This document shows, piece after piece, positions 24,830 through 32,000 of a DNA stretch of 32,000 nucleotides; position 1 is the stretch's first letter, and the number at the start of each line of letters is the position of its first letter. Under the pieces are notes generated by a model that was given only the letters and a program-made list of their open reading frames with translations, was not told the origin of the DNA and did not search any database. The position numbers and the translations under genes are program-made. The stretch covers positions 1,016,155 to 1,048,154 of the forward strand of contig CP001576.1 in NCBI GenBank assembly GCA_000090985.2. The letters run 5' to 3'. Source of the stretch: Micromonas sp. (Eukaryota).

Positions 24830-27800
24830 ATGCGACGCCAACGCGGCCCCCTGGGCCTTTGGGTGACTACTCTGCTCTCCACGTCGTATGGAATCCGCGC
24901 GGTGGTCGGGCAAACCTCAAGTGCGGTCTCCCGGCCGCCGCCGTCGCCGCCGTCGCCCCCCCCGCCGATGCCGCTCATGCCGCCCGCGCCCTCGCCTCCG
25001 CCCGCGTACGCCTCCAATTTCAACCTCACGCTCCAGGGAACGTCGAGCTCCAAGGCGTACGTCGACAACCCCGACCCGACGTACCAGACGCTCAAGCTGT
25101 GCGATGTCGACAGCCTCGGCACGGGTGACGAGAAAGACCCAGAGATTCTCAACGTGGCGTTCTACCAGCACAAGGTTGCCGTCTCCGGCGACGTCATGGT
25201 CATCGGGTCGGCGTGGGAGAGGGTCGCGGAGCAGTGCGACGGCGGAGCCGCGCACGTCTACGCCAGAACACCCGTCTCTGCGGACAGTGCTACCACCACT
25301 CAAGAATACGCGTGGACGCACGTGCAGAAGATCACGTCCAGGGACGTGTTCAACAACCAAGGATCGGATTCTGGAAACGAATTCCTCACCAGGAACTTCG
25401 GCCACGCCGTCGCGGTTGACGGAGACACGATGGTCGTCTCGCACTACGTCGGCCGATACGTCAACGTGTACACCCGGTCCGACCCGAACGACCGCGCGTC
25501 GCTGTGGACGCTGCGCGCCAAGCTGGAGGTTCCCTCGCTGACGCATCCGGAGACGAACAAGGACCATTGGACAGAGGGGTTCGGTTACGCCGTGGCGGTG
25601 GACGGGGACACCGTCGTCGTGTCGCAGCCCGGCACGTACGCGGAGGGCGACGACCACGTCACGCGCAGGAAATACAGAGGCGCGGTGCACGTGTTCACCC
25701 GCGACGTCCCGAACGACTTGACGTCCACGTGGCGATACGTCTCGAGGCTCTCCACCGACGCGTTTGACGATTTCGCATTCGTCGGGCAGCAGACGCTCTT
25801 CGGGCAGACGGTGGCGATCGACGGTGACGTCATCGTCGTCGGCACCGACAACCTCGAGGGCGAAACGCCGGAGTCGGACATCGGGAAAACGACGACGCAG
25901 TACCCATCGGAGTGCACCGGCGTGCACGTCTTTGTCCGTCAATCGCCGGGCGACCTCGCGTCAAAGTTTAAATGGATCCAGGTTGTCGACTCGCAGTGGG
26001 GTTGGACCGACGGGGACATGCGATGCGAACCGGAATTCGGCAAGAGCGGGCTGACGATTCGCGACGGCGTCCTCGTCGTCGGGTCGAGGGCGGAATGGAT
26101 CCAACAGAGAATCAATCGCGACGGGTGCGGAGGCGAACAAGGCGCGGCGTACGTGTTCGAACGCATCGACCCAAACGCGATCGACTCCAACTGGACGCTC
26201 GTACAGAAGATCACTCCGCCGTACGTCGGGTGCAACCAACGCGGCAGCTTCGGCTGGAACGCGGCGATGTCCGACGGTGCGCAGACGCTGGTCATCTCCG
26301 AACCGAGGGCGTCGTGGGAGTGGGACTACCCGTCGTTAACAGAGTACGACGCTTCAAGAAAGCATCTCTCCGCCGGCGCGGTGCACGTGTACACGCGGGG
26401 CCAGGACTCGGCGGCGCCGAACGCGTCCTGGTTTTCGCTCAAGGCGACGATCGGGCAGGGCGGTCTGGACGCGCCAACGCGTGTCGGGTGGACCGACGCG
26501 GACGCCACGAACGCGATGTTCGGCGCGGGTGTCGCCATTCACGAGGATACCCTCGCGGTGACATGCGTTAAACACTTCACAGCTGTGTACGCTCTGGACG
26601 GCGTGCCTACGCCGTGGATCGTGCCGGAGGAGGAACCCGGCCCGTGGATCAACACCCTGTTCCGGGACGCCGGCACGACGATGGCGTCGCTGGCGGTGCT
26701 GATGGGCCTCGGACCGAGCGCCGCGTTCGCCGTCGCCGCCATCTTTTTCAAACCCGCGCTGAGGAACTGGCTCATCAAGCACGGGATGAAAAAACTCGCG
26801 GATAAAATCGTCCCCGACCTCGCGGATGATTTCCGCCTGATGCAGATCGAGATGGAGGAGATGAAGAACTTCATGGCGGAGCAGGCGTTCCCGCGGTTGA
26901 AGCTGGGCGTCGACGTCCACCCCGAGATCGCCGCGGAGGACATCGTGCTCGAGCCTCTTCCGGAGTTTGCCGCCGCCCCCGAGAAAAAAAACGGTGGCGC
27001 CTCCTTCGGGACGGTTCAAGTCGCCGTCGTTCGCGGCGAGAAGTGCGACGTCAACACCGTGCTCCCCGGCGCCGGCGCCGTGGGGGTCCCGGACGACGTC
27101 GCCAAGACGATCAAAAAAGAGATCAACCTCATCTCCACCTTTAACCACCCGAACCTGGTCAAGGTGAAGGGCGCGTGCGCGGAGAAGGGGCAGATTGTGA
27201 TGGAACACTGCGACGGGGGAACCGTGGGAGACGCGCTGCTCGCGAAGACCGGCGACGACGAGAACGGCATGTCGCCGTGGCAGCGCGCCAAGATTGCGAG
27301 CCAAACCGCGGCGGCGGCGGCGTACCTGCACAGGCAGGGCATGGCGCACGGGGATCTGAACGCCGATCGCGTTCAGTTGACAAACGACGGCGACGCGAAG
27401 CTCGGCGAGTACGGGATGAAGGAGACGAAGAAGAAGGTGAACAAGCTGACGGCGGCGGCGTTCATGATCGGCGCGGGCCTCGCCAGGGTCGCGGCGACGA
27501 CGCTCGAGATTGCCGAGGCGGTCATGGAGTCGTACGATCCGGAAGCCGCGCGGGGGAACCGGAACCGGCGGGGAAAGGCTTCGAGGAAAGGCCGAACAAA
27601 AACGGCTCGAACAAAAATCGCACCCGGGCCAGTGTGCGAATCGATCGACGATGCATCTTCGGACGGCGGCGGTTCATCTTCCGACGACGACGACGCGTTT
27701 AACGCGGAAGACGAGCCGGCGCGGGCGATGACCGCGGCGATGACCGCGCCCGAGCTCCTGCGAAGGAACGGCGGCGGCTTCGGCGGCGACCCGAAGTCCA

Positions 27801-28117
27801 CGCCGGCGTCTGACGTGTACTCTCTCGGGATGACGCTGTGGCAAATGTACGAGGGGCGGGGGCGCGCGCCTTTCGGGGACGCGGGGCCCCACGAAGTTCG
27901 CGCCAGGGTCCTCGCGGGCGAGCGACCGGGGTTCGAGAACGCGGACCTCAAGTTTGAGCTGAAAGGGTTGATCGAGTGCTGTTTAAAGGCGAATCCGAGG
28001 GAGCGGCCGAGCGCGGCGACGGTTGCGGTGACGATGAAAAAGATTGGAGAGACGGAGTCCAAGCGGGTCAAAACCGGCGACGGCGTCGTCAAGCACGAGA
28101 AAAAGTTCCGAATGTAG
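24830..28117 (+). CDS. Single-pass receptor: signal peptide, Pro-rich stalk, seven FG-GAP-like propeller blades, TM helix, TKL-like (probably pseudo-)kinase domain
   Basis: Track ORF 24599..28117; the first ATG is at 24830 (MRRQRGPLGLWVTTLLSTSYGIRAVVG). The stalk reads PPPSPPSPPPPMPLMPPAPSPPP. Blade cores are VAVSGDVMVIGS, FGHAVAVDGDTMVVS, FGYAVAVDGDTVVVSQPG, FGQTVAIDGDVIVVGT, FGKSGLTIRDGVLVVGS, FGWNAAMSDGAQTLVISEP and FGAGVAIHEDTLAVT, most followed by GAvHVYtR. The TM helix is at about 26681-26749. Kinase motifs are HPNLVK, HGDLNADR (27347-), LGEYG (27401-27415), TAPELL, DVYSLGMTLWQM and NPRERPS. Confidence 0.88.
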   Translation: MRRQRGPLGLWVTTLLSTSYGIRAVVGQTSSAVSRPPPSPPSPPPPMPLMPPAPSPPPAYASNFNLTLQGTSSSKAYVDNPDPTYQTLKLCDVDSLGTGDEKDPEILNVAFYQHKVAVSGDVMVIGSAWERVAEQCDGGAAHVYARTPVSADSATTTQEYAWTHVQKITSRDVFNNQGSDSGNEFLTRNFGHAVAVDGDTMVVSHYVGRYVNVYTRSDPNDRASLWTLRAKLEVPSLTHPETNKDHWTEGFGYAVAVDGDTVVVSQPGTYAEGDDHVTRRKYRGAVHVFTRDVPNDLTSTWRYVSRLSTDAFDDFAFVGQQTLFGQTVAIDGDVIVVGTDNLEGETPESDIGKTTTQYPSECTGVHVFVRQSPGDLASKFKWIQVVDSQWGWTDGDMRCEPEFGKSGLTIRDGVLVVGSRAEWIQQRINRDGCGGEQGAAYVFERIDPNAIDSNWTLVQKITPPYVGCNQRGSFGWNAAMSDGAQTLVISEPRASWEWDYPSLTEYDASRKHLSAGAVHVYTRGQDSAAPNASWFSLKATIGQGGLDAPTRVGWTDADATNAMFGAGVAIHEDTLAVTCVKHFTAVYALDGVPTPWIVPEEEPGPWINTLFRDAGTTMASLAVLMGLGPSAAFAVAAIFFKPALRNWLIKHGMKKLADKIVPDLADDFRLMQIEMEEMKNFMAEQAFPRLKLGVDVHPEIAAEDIVLEPLPEFAAAPEKKNGGASFGTVQVAVVRGEKCDVNTVLPGAGAVGVPDDVAKTIKKEINLISTFNHPNLVKVKGACAEKGQIVMEHCDGGTVGDALLAKTGDDENGMSPWQRAKIASQTAAAAAYLHRQGMAHGDLNADRVQLTNDGDAKLGEYGMKETKKKVNKLTAAAFMIGAGLARVAATTLEIAEAVMESYDPEAARGNRNRRGKASRKGRTKTARTKIAPGPVCESIDDASSDGGGSSSDDDDAFNAEDEPARAMTAAMTAPELLRRNGGGFGGDPKSTPASDVYSLGMTLWQMYEGRGRAPFGDAGPHEVRARVLAGERPGFENADLKFELKGLIECCLKANPRERPSAATVAVTMKKIGETESKRVKTGDGVVKHEKKFRM

Positions 28118-28161
28118 AATTCACGTATTTACACCAACACATCAGATAGACTACACATCGT

Positions 28162-29133
28162 TCAATCGCGAAAAACCTCGGCGAAACCCATGAGTCGCGG
28201 CGTCAGGTACGCGGAGAGGTGCCTGAGCGCGGCAAACTCCGCAAAGGAAACCGCGATGTTCATGTTGACCCGCTGCCCCCCGTTCGCGCCGTCGCCGCCC
28301 GTCGTGACCCCCATGTTGAGGAAGATCCCCCCGCTCCCGTCCGGCATGGGCTCCGCCTTGAGCGATTTGGTCATCGCGCCCTGCCTGTTGGTGCCCATCC
28401 CCGGGTCGTGGAAAAAGTTTACCCCTCGGCCGAAGTGCAGCGACTCGGTGAGCTCGACGAGCTCCAACGGCGAGAGCATGATGGTCTGCTTCTGCGCCCA
28501 GTCGTACTGCCGCGGGCCCACCGCCGGGGCCATCTCGAGCAACACCCCGCCGTCCCGCTTCTTCGCCCGGCTGCCGTCCGGCTTGACCTCGAACGTGGGC
28601 TTGATCACCTGGAACTTGGCCGCGGCTTTGCTCTTGTACACGGCGTAGTCGCAGTAAACCCGAGAACCGGCGTCGTCGTTGGCGCTTGATGCCTTGTTGT
28701 TACCAGCGGTGAACTGGCGGGCGCCGGTGGCTTGCGGCGGGGGCGGCGGCGGCGGGGGCGCCCCGGGGCCCGGGACGTGATCCCGCTGTTGGAACCGCCG
28801 GCGCTGGCCATCCGCCGGCGGGGGCGGCGGCGGCGACTGATACGATCGCGCATGCTGCTGCTGCTGGCCCCCGTGCTGCTGCTGCTGCTGCGCCTGTCCG
28901 CCGTAGGCTTTCGCCTGGCCAGCCTTGGCGGTGCTCGGGACCCACACCACGGATTTGCCCTTACCCCCGCCCCACTTGCCGCCCTCGTCGAAGGAGAGCG
29001 GGGGCAGGCCGGAGCCCGCGGAACGGTGCGCCGCCGTCGTCGTCGCCGCCGACCGACGATGGTGTTGTTGTTGATGATGATGGTGGGAGAAGGAGGAGGA
29101 CGCGATGATGGGCGCGGCGGCGGCGGGTTTCAT
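28162..29133 (-). CDS. WHY: Whirly-family ssDNA-binding protein with a Q/H/P-rich N-terminal region
   Basis: Track ORF 28162..29487 opens on TTG; the first ATG is at 29133. The Whirly core is YAVYKSKAAAKF..PTF, APAVGPRQYDWAQKQTIMLSPLELVEL, VNFFHDPGMG and EPMPDGSGGIFLNMGV. The upstream in-frame region is open, so a 5' extension or extra exon cannot be excluded. Confidence 0.85.
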   Translation of the reverse strand: MKPAAAAPIIASSSFSHHHHQQQHHRRSAATTTAAHRSAGSGLPPLSFDEGGKWGGGKGKSVVWVPSTAKAGQAKAYGGQAQQQQQHGGQQQQHARSYQSPPPPPPADGQRRRFQQRDHVPGPGAPPPPPPPPQATGARQFTAGNNKASSANDDAGSRVYCDYAVYKSKAAAKFQVIKPTFEVKPDGSRAKKRDGGVLLEMAPAVGPRQYDWAQKQTIMLSPLELVELTESLHFGRGVNFFHDPGMGTNRQGAMTKSLKAEPMPDGSGGIFLNMGVTTGGDGANGGQRVNMNIAVSFAEFAALRHLSAYLTPRLMGFAEVFRD

Positions 29134-29853
29134 CGCGGGCGCGTGCTGCGCGGCGAGTGTGCGCGCCTGCGTTCGCGGACGGGCGGGGAAGGGGCGCGGT
29201 GGGTCAGCGGGGGCCCGGACGAGGGGGACGGAGAGGGGCGTCGGAGGAGGGCGTTTGGTCGAGGACGCCGGAAACGCGCGCGGGAGTGCCGTTGGGATAT
29301 TCCCATCTCCGGCGTCGACTACGTTGTCGAATGGGCCGACCGCGGGGACCGACGACGGCGGGGTCGCGACGCCGACTGCGCGAACGGGGAACGGGTCGGC
29401 GCGGCGCGCGTACGCACCAGCGAGGCGGATCTCGCGAGCCTCTGGGGCAGGGACATGACGGTCACGCGGGCGGTGCCTGACATTCAAAACACGGAAAAGG
29501 ACACCGGAAAAGAGAGCACCGGAGCGATGTCCGGGGCGCTCTCGCTTCCGTCGGTGCGACCGCGCGCGTTCGGGGCGGGGTCCGGGGCGGTTTCGAGTGA
29601 ACGGGAGTCGTCGCCGGTGGCGCGGCGGCGCGAGAATCTCGCGAGGGTTCGGCGCGGGCGATGAACGCGTCCACCGGCGCGGCGCGGCTCAGCGAAGTGC
29701 GCAGCCTCGGCACCGCCGAAAGGACGAGTTCACGAACCAACAATCGGCATCCAGCGGTCATCCAGTCATCACGCACGCAGCGAAAGTCACAGTGCCCCCG
29801 TCGCGCAACCGACTCGAGGCGCCGCGGGCACACCTCGAGGCGCGGACGTCGCC

Positions 29854-30797
29854 ATGCCGAAGGTTGCCGTCGTCGAGGAGGTCGCCCGTCCCGTGGTGGA
29901 CGCTCCGGCGTCGCCCGAGGGCATGGAAAACCTCAAGGTGCACGCCGAGTTTGCGGAGCGATACACCGCCCCATTCTGCCTCGGACCCGCGCGCGAGTGC
30001 TTCTGCTGCGGGAGCCTGTGCAACAAGCATCACGGCTGCGGGTACAACTGCAGGCAGTGCTGCTGCGACGACCTGCAGGTGCGTTCATGGGACCGCCCGG
30101 GCGGCTGACGCCGCTCGTCCTCGTCTCCCGACGCGATCCGGCTTCCGCGCGGCGCCCGCCCCGACCGACCCTCTCGCTGACGAATTCTCATCCCCAACAC
30201 CCGCGCGTTCGACATCGCGCGAAAAACAGCTGTACTGGAAGAGCGTGTTCTGCATGCCCTGCGTGCTCAGCGAGATGGTCACCACGGCGAGGCTGGGCAG
30301 CGGTCTCAACACCATCCTCTACTTCGGCTTCTGCGTCGGCGTCACGCAGGTGCTCCCGCTGCTCGGGTGGACCGTCGCGTCCAGGCAAATCACGGATACC
30401 GTCAACGCGGCGACCAATCGCTTCGGCGTCCGAGAGAAGGTCCCGTGGCTGTGCGACCGGAGCGACGCGGACGGGTGCATCTGCGGCACGTTCTGGTGCC
30501 CGTACTGCGTCATCGTGAGGGCGCAGATGGAGATTCGGCACAGGGCACGCGCGGGGGTCGAGGTGGGTCACGGGATCTATCGACCCCATCCACCGCCGCA
30601 CGTCATGCGGATGAAGAGGTGCGTTTATTTTAATCTTTGTATGGGCAATTAGAATGACGACGTGGTTTTTTATTTGTGGTTTTTTATTTCACAGGTCGGG
30701 AGTCGACGAGACGACGGGGGAGAAGAAGCCGCCAAAGTACGTCGGCATCAAGGAGAAGGAGGACCCGATGCCGTCGCAGGTGCGGGTCGAGCTGTGA
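29854..30797 (+). CDS. PLAC8/DUF614-family cysteine-rich protein (3 exons)
   Basis: Exon 1 is 29854..30078 (ATG 29854; donor CAG|GTGCGT). The first intron is 151 nt with a cgCTGACg branch motif and an aaacAG acceptor. Exon 2 is 30230..30618 (LYWKSVFCMPCVLSE..FWCPYCVIVRAQMEIRHR; donor AG|GTGCGT, phase 2). The second intron is 76 nt and T-rich, with a tcacAG acceptor. Exon 3 is 30695..30797 (..SGVDETTGEKKPPKYVGIKEKEDPMPSQVRVEL*). Confidence 0.82.
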
Positions 30798-30891
30798 ACG
30801 GCGGATGGAGGACGCGTCGATGGAGGGAGGGGCCGGCGGATGACGATTTATCCAGATTGTAACACTTATTCGAAGACTAACACTTACACTC

Positions 30892-31060
30892 ATTCGTGCC
30901 CGGGGCTTCGTGCCCGGGGACTTCTTGCCCGGGCTTCGTGCCCCGGGACTTCTTGCCCGGGCTTCGTGCCCCGGGACTTCTTGCCCGGGCTTCGTGCCCC
31001 GGGACTTCTTGCCCGGGACTTCTTGCCCGGGACTTCTTGCCCGGGACTTCTTGCCCGGGG
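30892..31060. repeat. 14-nt minisatellite, 12 units, two unit types (cttcgtgccccggg and acttcttgcccggg), each carrying CCCGGG
   Basis: Units were parsed base by base from 30892 to 31060. The order is two A-variants, (B A) x3, then B x4. The array lies between the convergent stops of PLAC8 (30797) and the coiled-coil gene (31125). Confidence 0.95.
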
Positions 31061-31124
31061 CTTATTCGTGTAAGTAAACTACGATGATCCGGGACGTCAC
31101 ACGCGATGAGCCGCCCGAGGACGA

Positions 31125-32000
31125 TCACGTGCACATCACCGACCCCGGCTCGTCCAGCGGGTTCACCCCTTCCGCGCACTCCTCTCCGAGCCGAACCTCT
31201 TCCGCGAGGACCGCCTCCGCCGCGCTCGCCGCGGCCAACGCCTCGGCGTTGCGCTGCTCCGCGGTGGCTCTCAACTCGGCGTTTCTAGCCTCATACGCCT
31301 CCAGCGCCTCCGCCTCGGCGTCGATGGCCCGCACAGCTGTGTCGAACGCCCTGCTACCCGCGTCGGCAGCTGCGGCGTCCGCCTCTTCCTCGGTGGCGCC
31401 GTCGCGTAGGGCCTGGACCCGCGCTTTCCTCGACGCGGACGCTTTGGCGTAGTACGCGGCTTGCAGCCTCTCCTTCTCCTCGCGGTTCTCCGCTTCTCTG
31501 GCGTACGATTCGTCGACTCGGCGTTGGAGCTCGGCGCGTTGCGCGGCTTTCCTGGCTCGGCCCTCTTTCCACGGGTCGAGGTCGAACGCATTCGCGGCTT
31601 GGGCGCCGATGAACGATGCATGGGCCCGATGCGTGGGGACGGTCGTTAACCCCGAGTTGGTCATCGTCGACATCATCGGATGATCAGATGACGACGGGTG
31701 ATGACGTCGAGACTCTCGGGTGGACGACGACGCGGCGTCGTCGCCGTCGCGAAATGTTTCGATCGTGAACGCGCCAGGGGGCGGCGCGAGCACGGCGACG
31801 GACGCGACGAGGGACACAGCTGTGCGCGCCAGCCGCGTCGGACCCCAACCGCTCTCCGCGCCTTGGTCTGATCCCACGACGGCCGACGATGAACGCTCCT
31901 TGGATGAGCCGGACGCGGTCACCGGGGCGCGCCGGGAGGCCGCGCCGCCGCGCCCGCCACCGACTCGGCGCGCGCGAGGGATCGCCGCGCGTCCTCGCGA
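31125..32000 (-). CDS. Ala/Glu/Arg-rich coiled-coil protein of unknown function (5' partial, frame stays open to the right edge)
   Basis: Track ORF 31125..31922 opens on GTG, and the same frame stays open to base 32000. The helical, heptad-like region reads RKAAQRAELQRRVDESYAREAENREEKERLQAAYYAKASASRKARVQAL... I recognise no domain. Confidence 0.55.
   Translation of the reverse strand, partial: SRGRAAIPRARRVGGGRGGAASRRAPVTASGSSKERSSSAVVGSDQGAESGWGPTRLARTAVSLVASVAVLAPPPGAFTIETFRDGDDAASSSTRESRRHHPSSSDHPMMSTMTNSGLTTVPTHRAHASFIGAQAANAFDLDPWKEGRARKAAQRAELQRRVDESYAREAENREEKERLQAAYYAKASASRKARVQALRDGATEEEADAAAADAGSRAFDTAVRAIDAEAEALEAYEARNAELRATAEQRNAEALAAASAAEAVLAEEVRLGEECAEGVNPLDEPGSVMCT

Noticed and set aside
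24141-24866. A 241-aa ORF containing LSPRLSPRLTPRLTPRL.
   Set aside because: The repeat peptide is the translation of the GCCGCGGC minisatellite. The ORF opens on a non-ATG codon, has no domain, and runs into the receptor 5' region in another frame.
30840-31179. ORFs 30840..31073(+), 30896..31087(+) and 30877..31179(-), with PGLLARGL/SPGQEVPG repeats.
   Set aside because: They are translations of the 14-nt CCCGGG minisatellite in different frames. A 14-nt period cannot maintain a reading frame.
1-32000. A prokaryotic operon, defence island or mobile element interpretation of the window.
   Set aside because: The window contains phase-consistent GT-AG spliceosomal introns, a nuclear-type tRNA with a Pol III T-run terminator, eukaryote-specific domains (PHD, RING, TALE homeodomain, ankyrin, Whirly, PLAC8), and alternating strand orientation with individual promoters. 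I see no transposase, integrase or reverse transcriptase ORF.

Overview
This window is GC-rich (by eye about two-thirds G+C), very gene-dense eukaryotic nuclear DNA, not a prokaryotic locus. I can support 18 protein-coding genes (two cut by the window edges) and one tRNA-Gly(GCC). Intergenic spacers are 44 to about 720 bp, and genes sit in head-to-head and tail-to-tail pairs. I placed seven short GT-AG introns (76-349 nt) by hand, each with phase-consistent splice sites and a CTGAC/CTAAT-like branch motif. Gene content (CP12-like, Whirly, carotenoid cleavage dioxygenase, PLAC8, TALE homeobox, plant-type tRNA-Gly) and composition suggest a green picoalga of the Mamiellophyceae, Micromonas-like; this is inference only. 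Gene order: JmjC(+), RtcA(-), RluA-type pseudouridine synthase(+), dCMP deaminase(+), CP12-like(-), fused E1 alpha-beta 2-oxoacid dehydrogenase(-), EXPERA-like membrane protein(-), TALE homeobox(+), RING/PHD(+), ankyrin(-), SLC35B-like transporter(+), CCD(-), fatty-acid-hydroxylase-family(-), tRNA-Gly(-), propeller-ectodomain receptor pseudokinase(+), Whirly(-), PLAC8(+), coiled-coil protein(-). I found no defence-island-like system. The main findings are: (1) short DNA modules (42, 26 and 15 nt) recurring in the sense strand of different genes but translated in different frames; (2) a CP12-like protein with two N-type CP12 motifs and no GAPDH-binding tail, whose first exon has a frame problem; (3) a single-polypeptide E1 alpha-beta fusion with a GEG variant of the ThDP motif; (4) a seven-blade FG-GAP-like propeller fused to a degenerate kinase; (5) two intergenic minisatellites built on perfect GC palindromes; (6) stem-loop clusters in a convergent 3' spacer and beside the tRNA. 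Most long antisense or overlapping ORFs in the track are artefacts of the scarcity of stop codons in GC-rich sequence.
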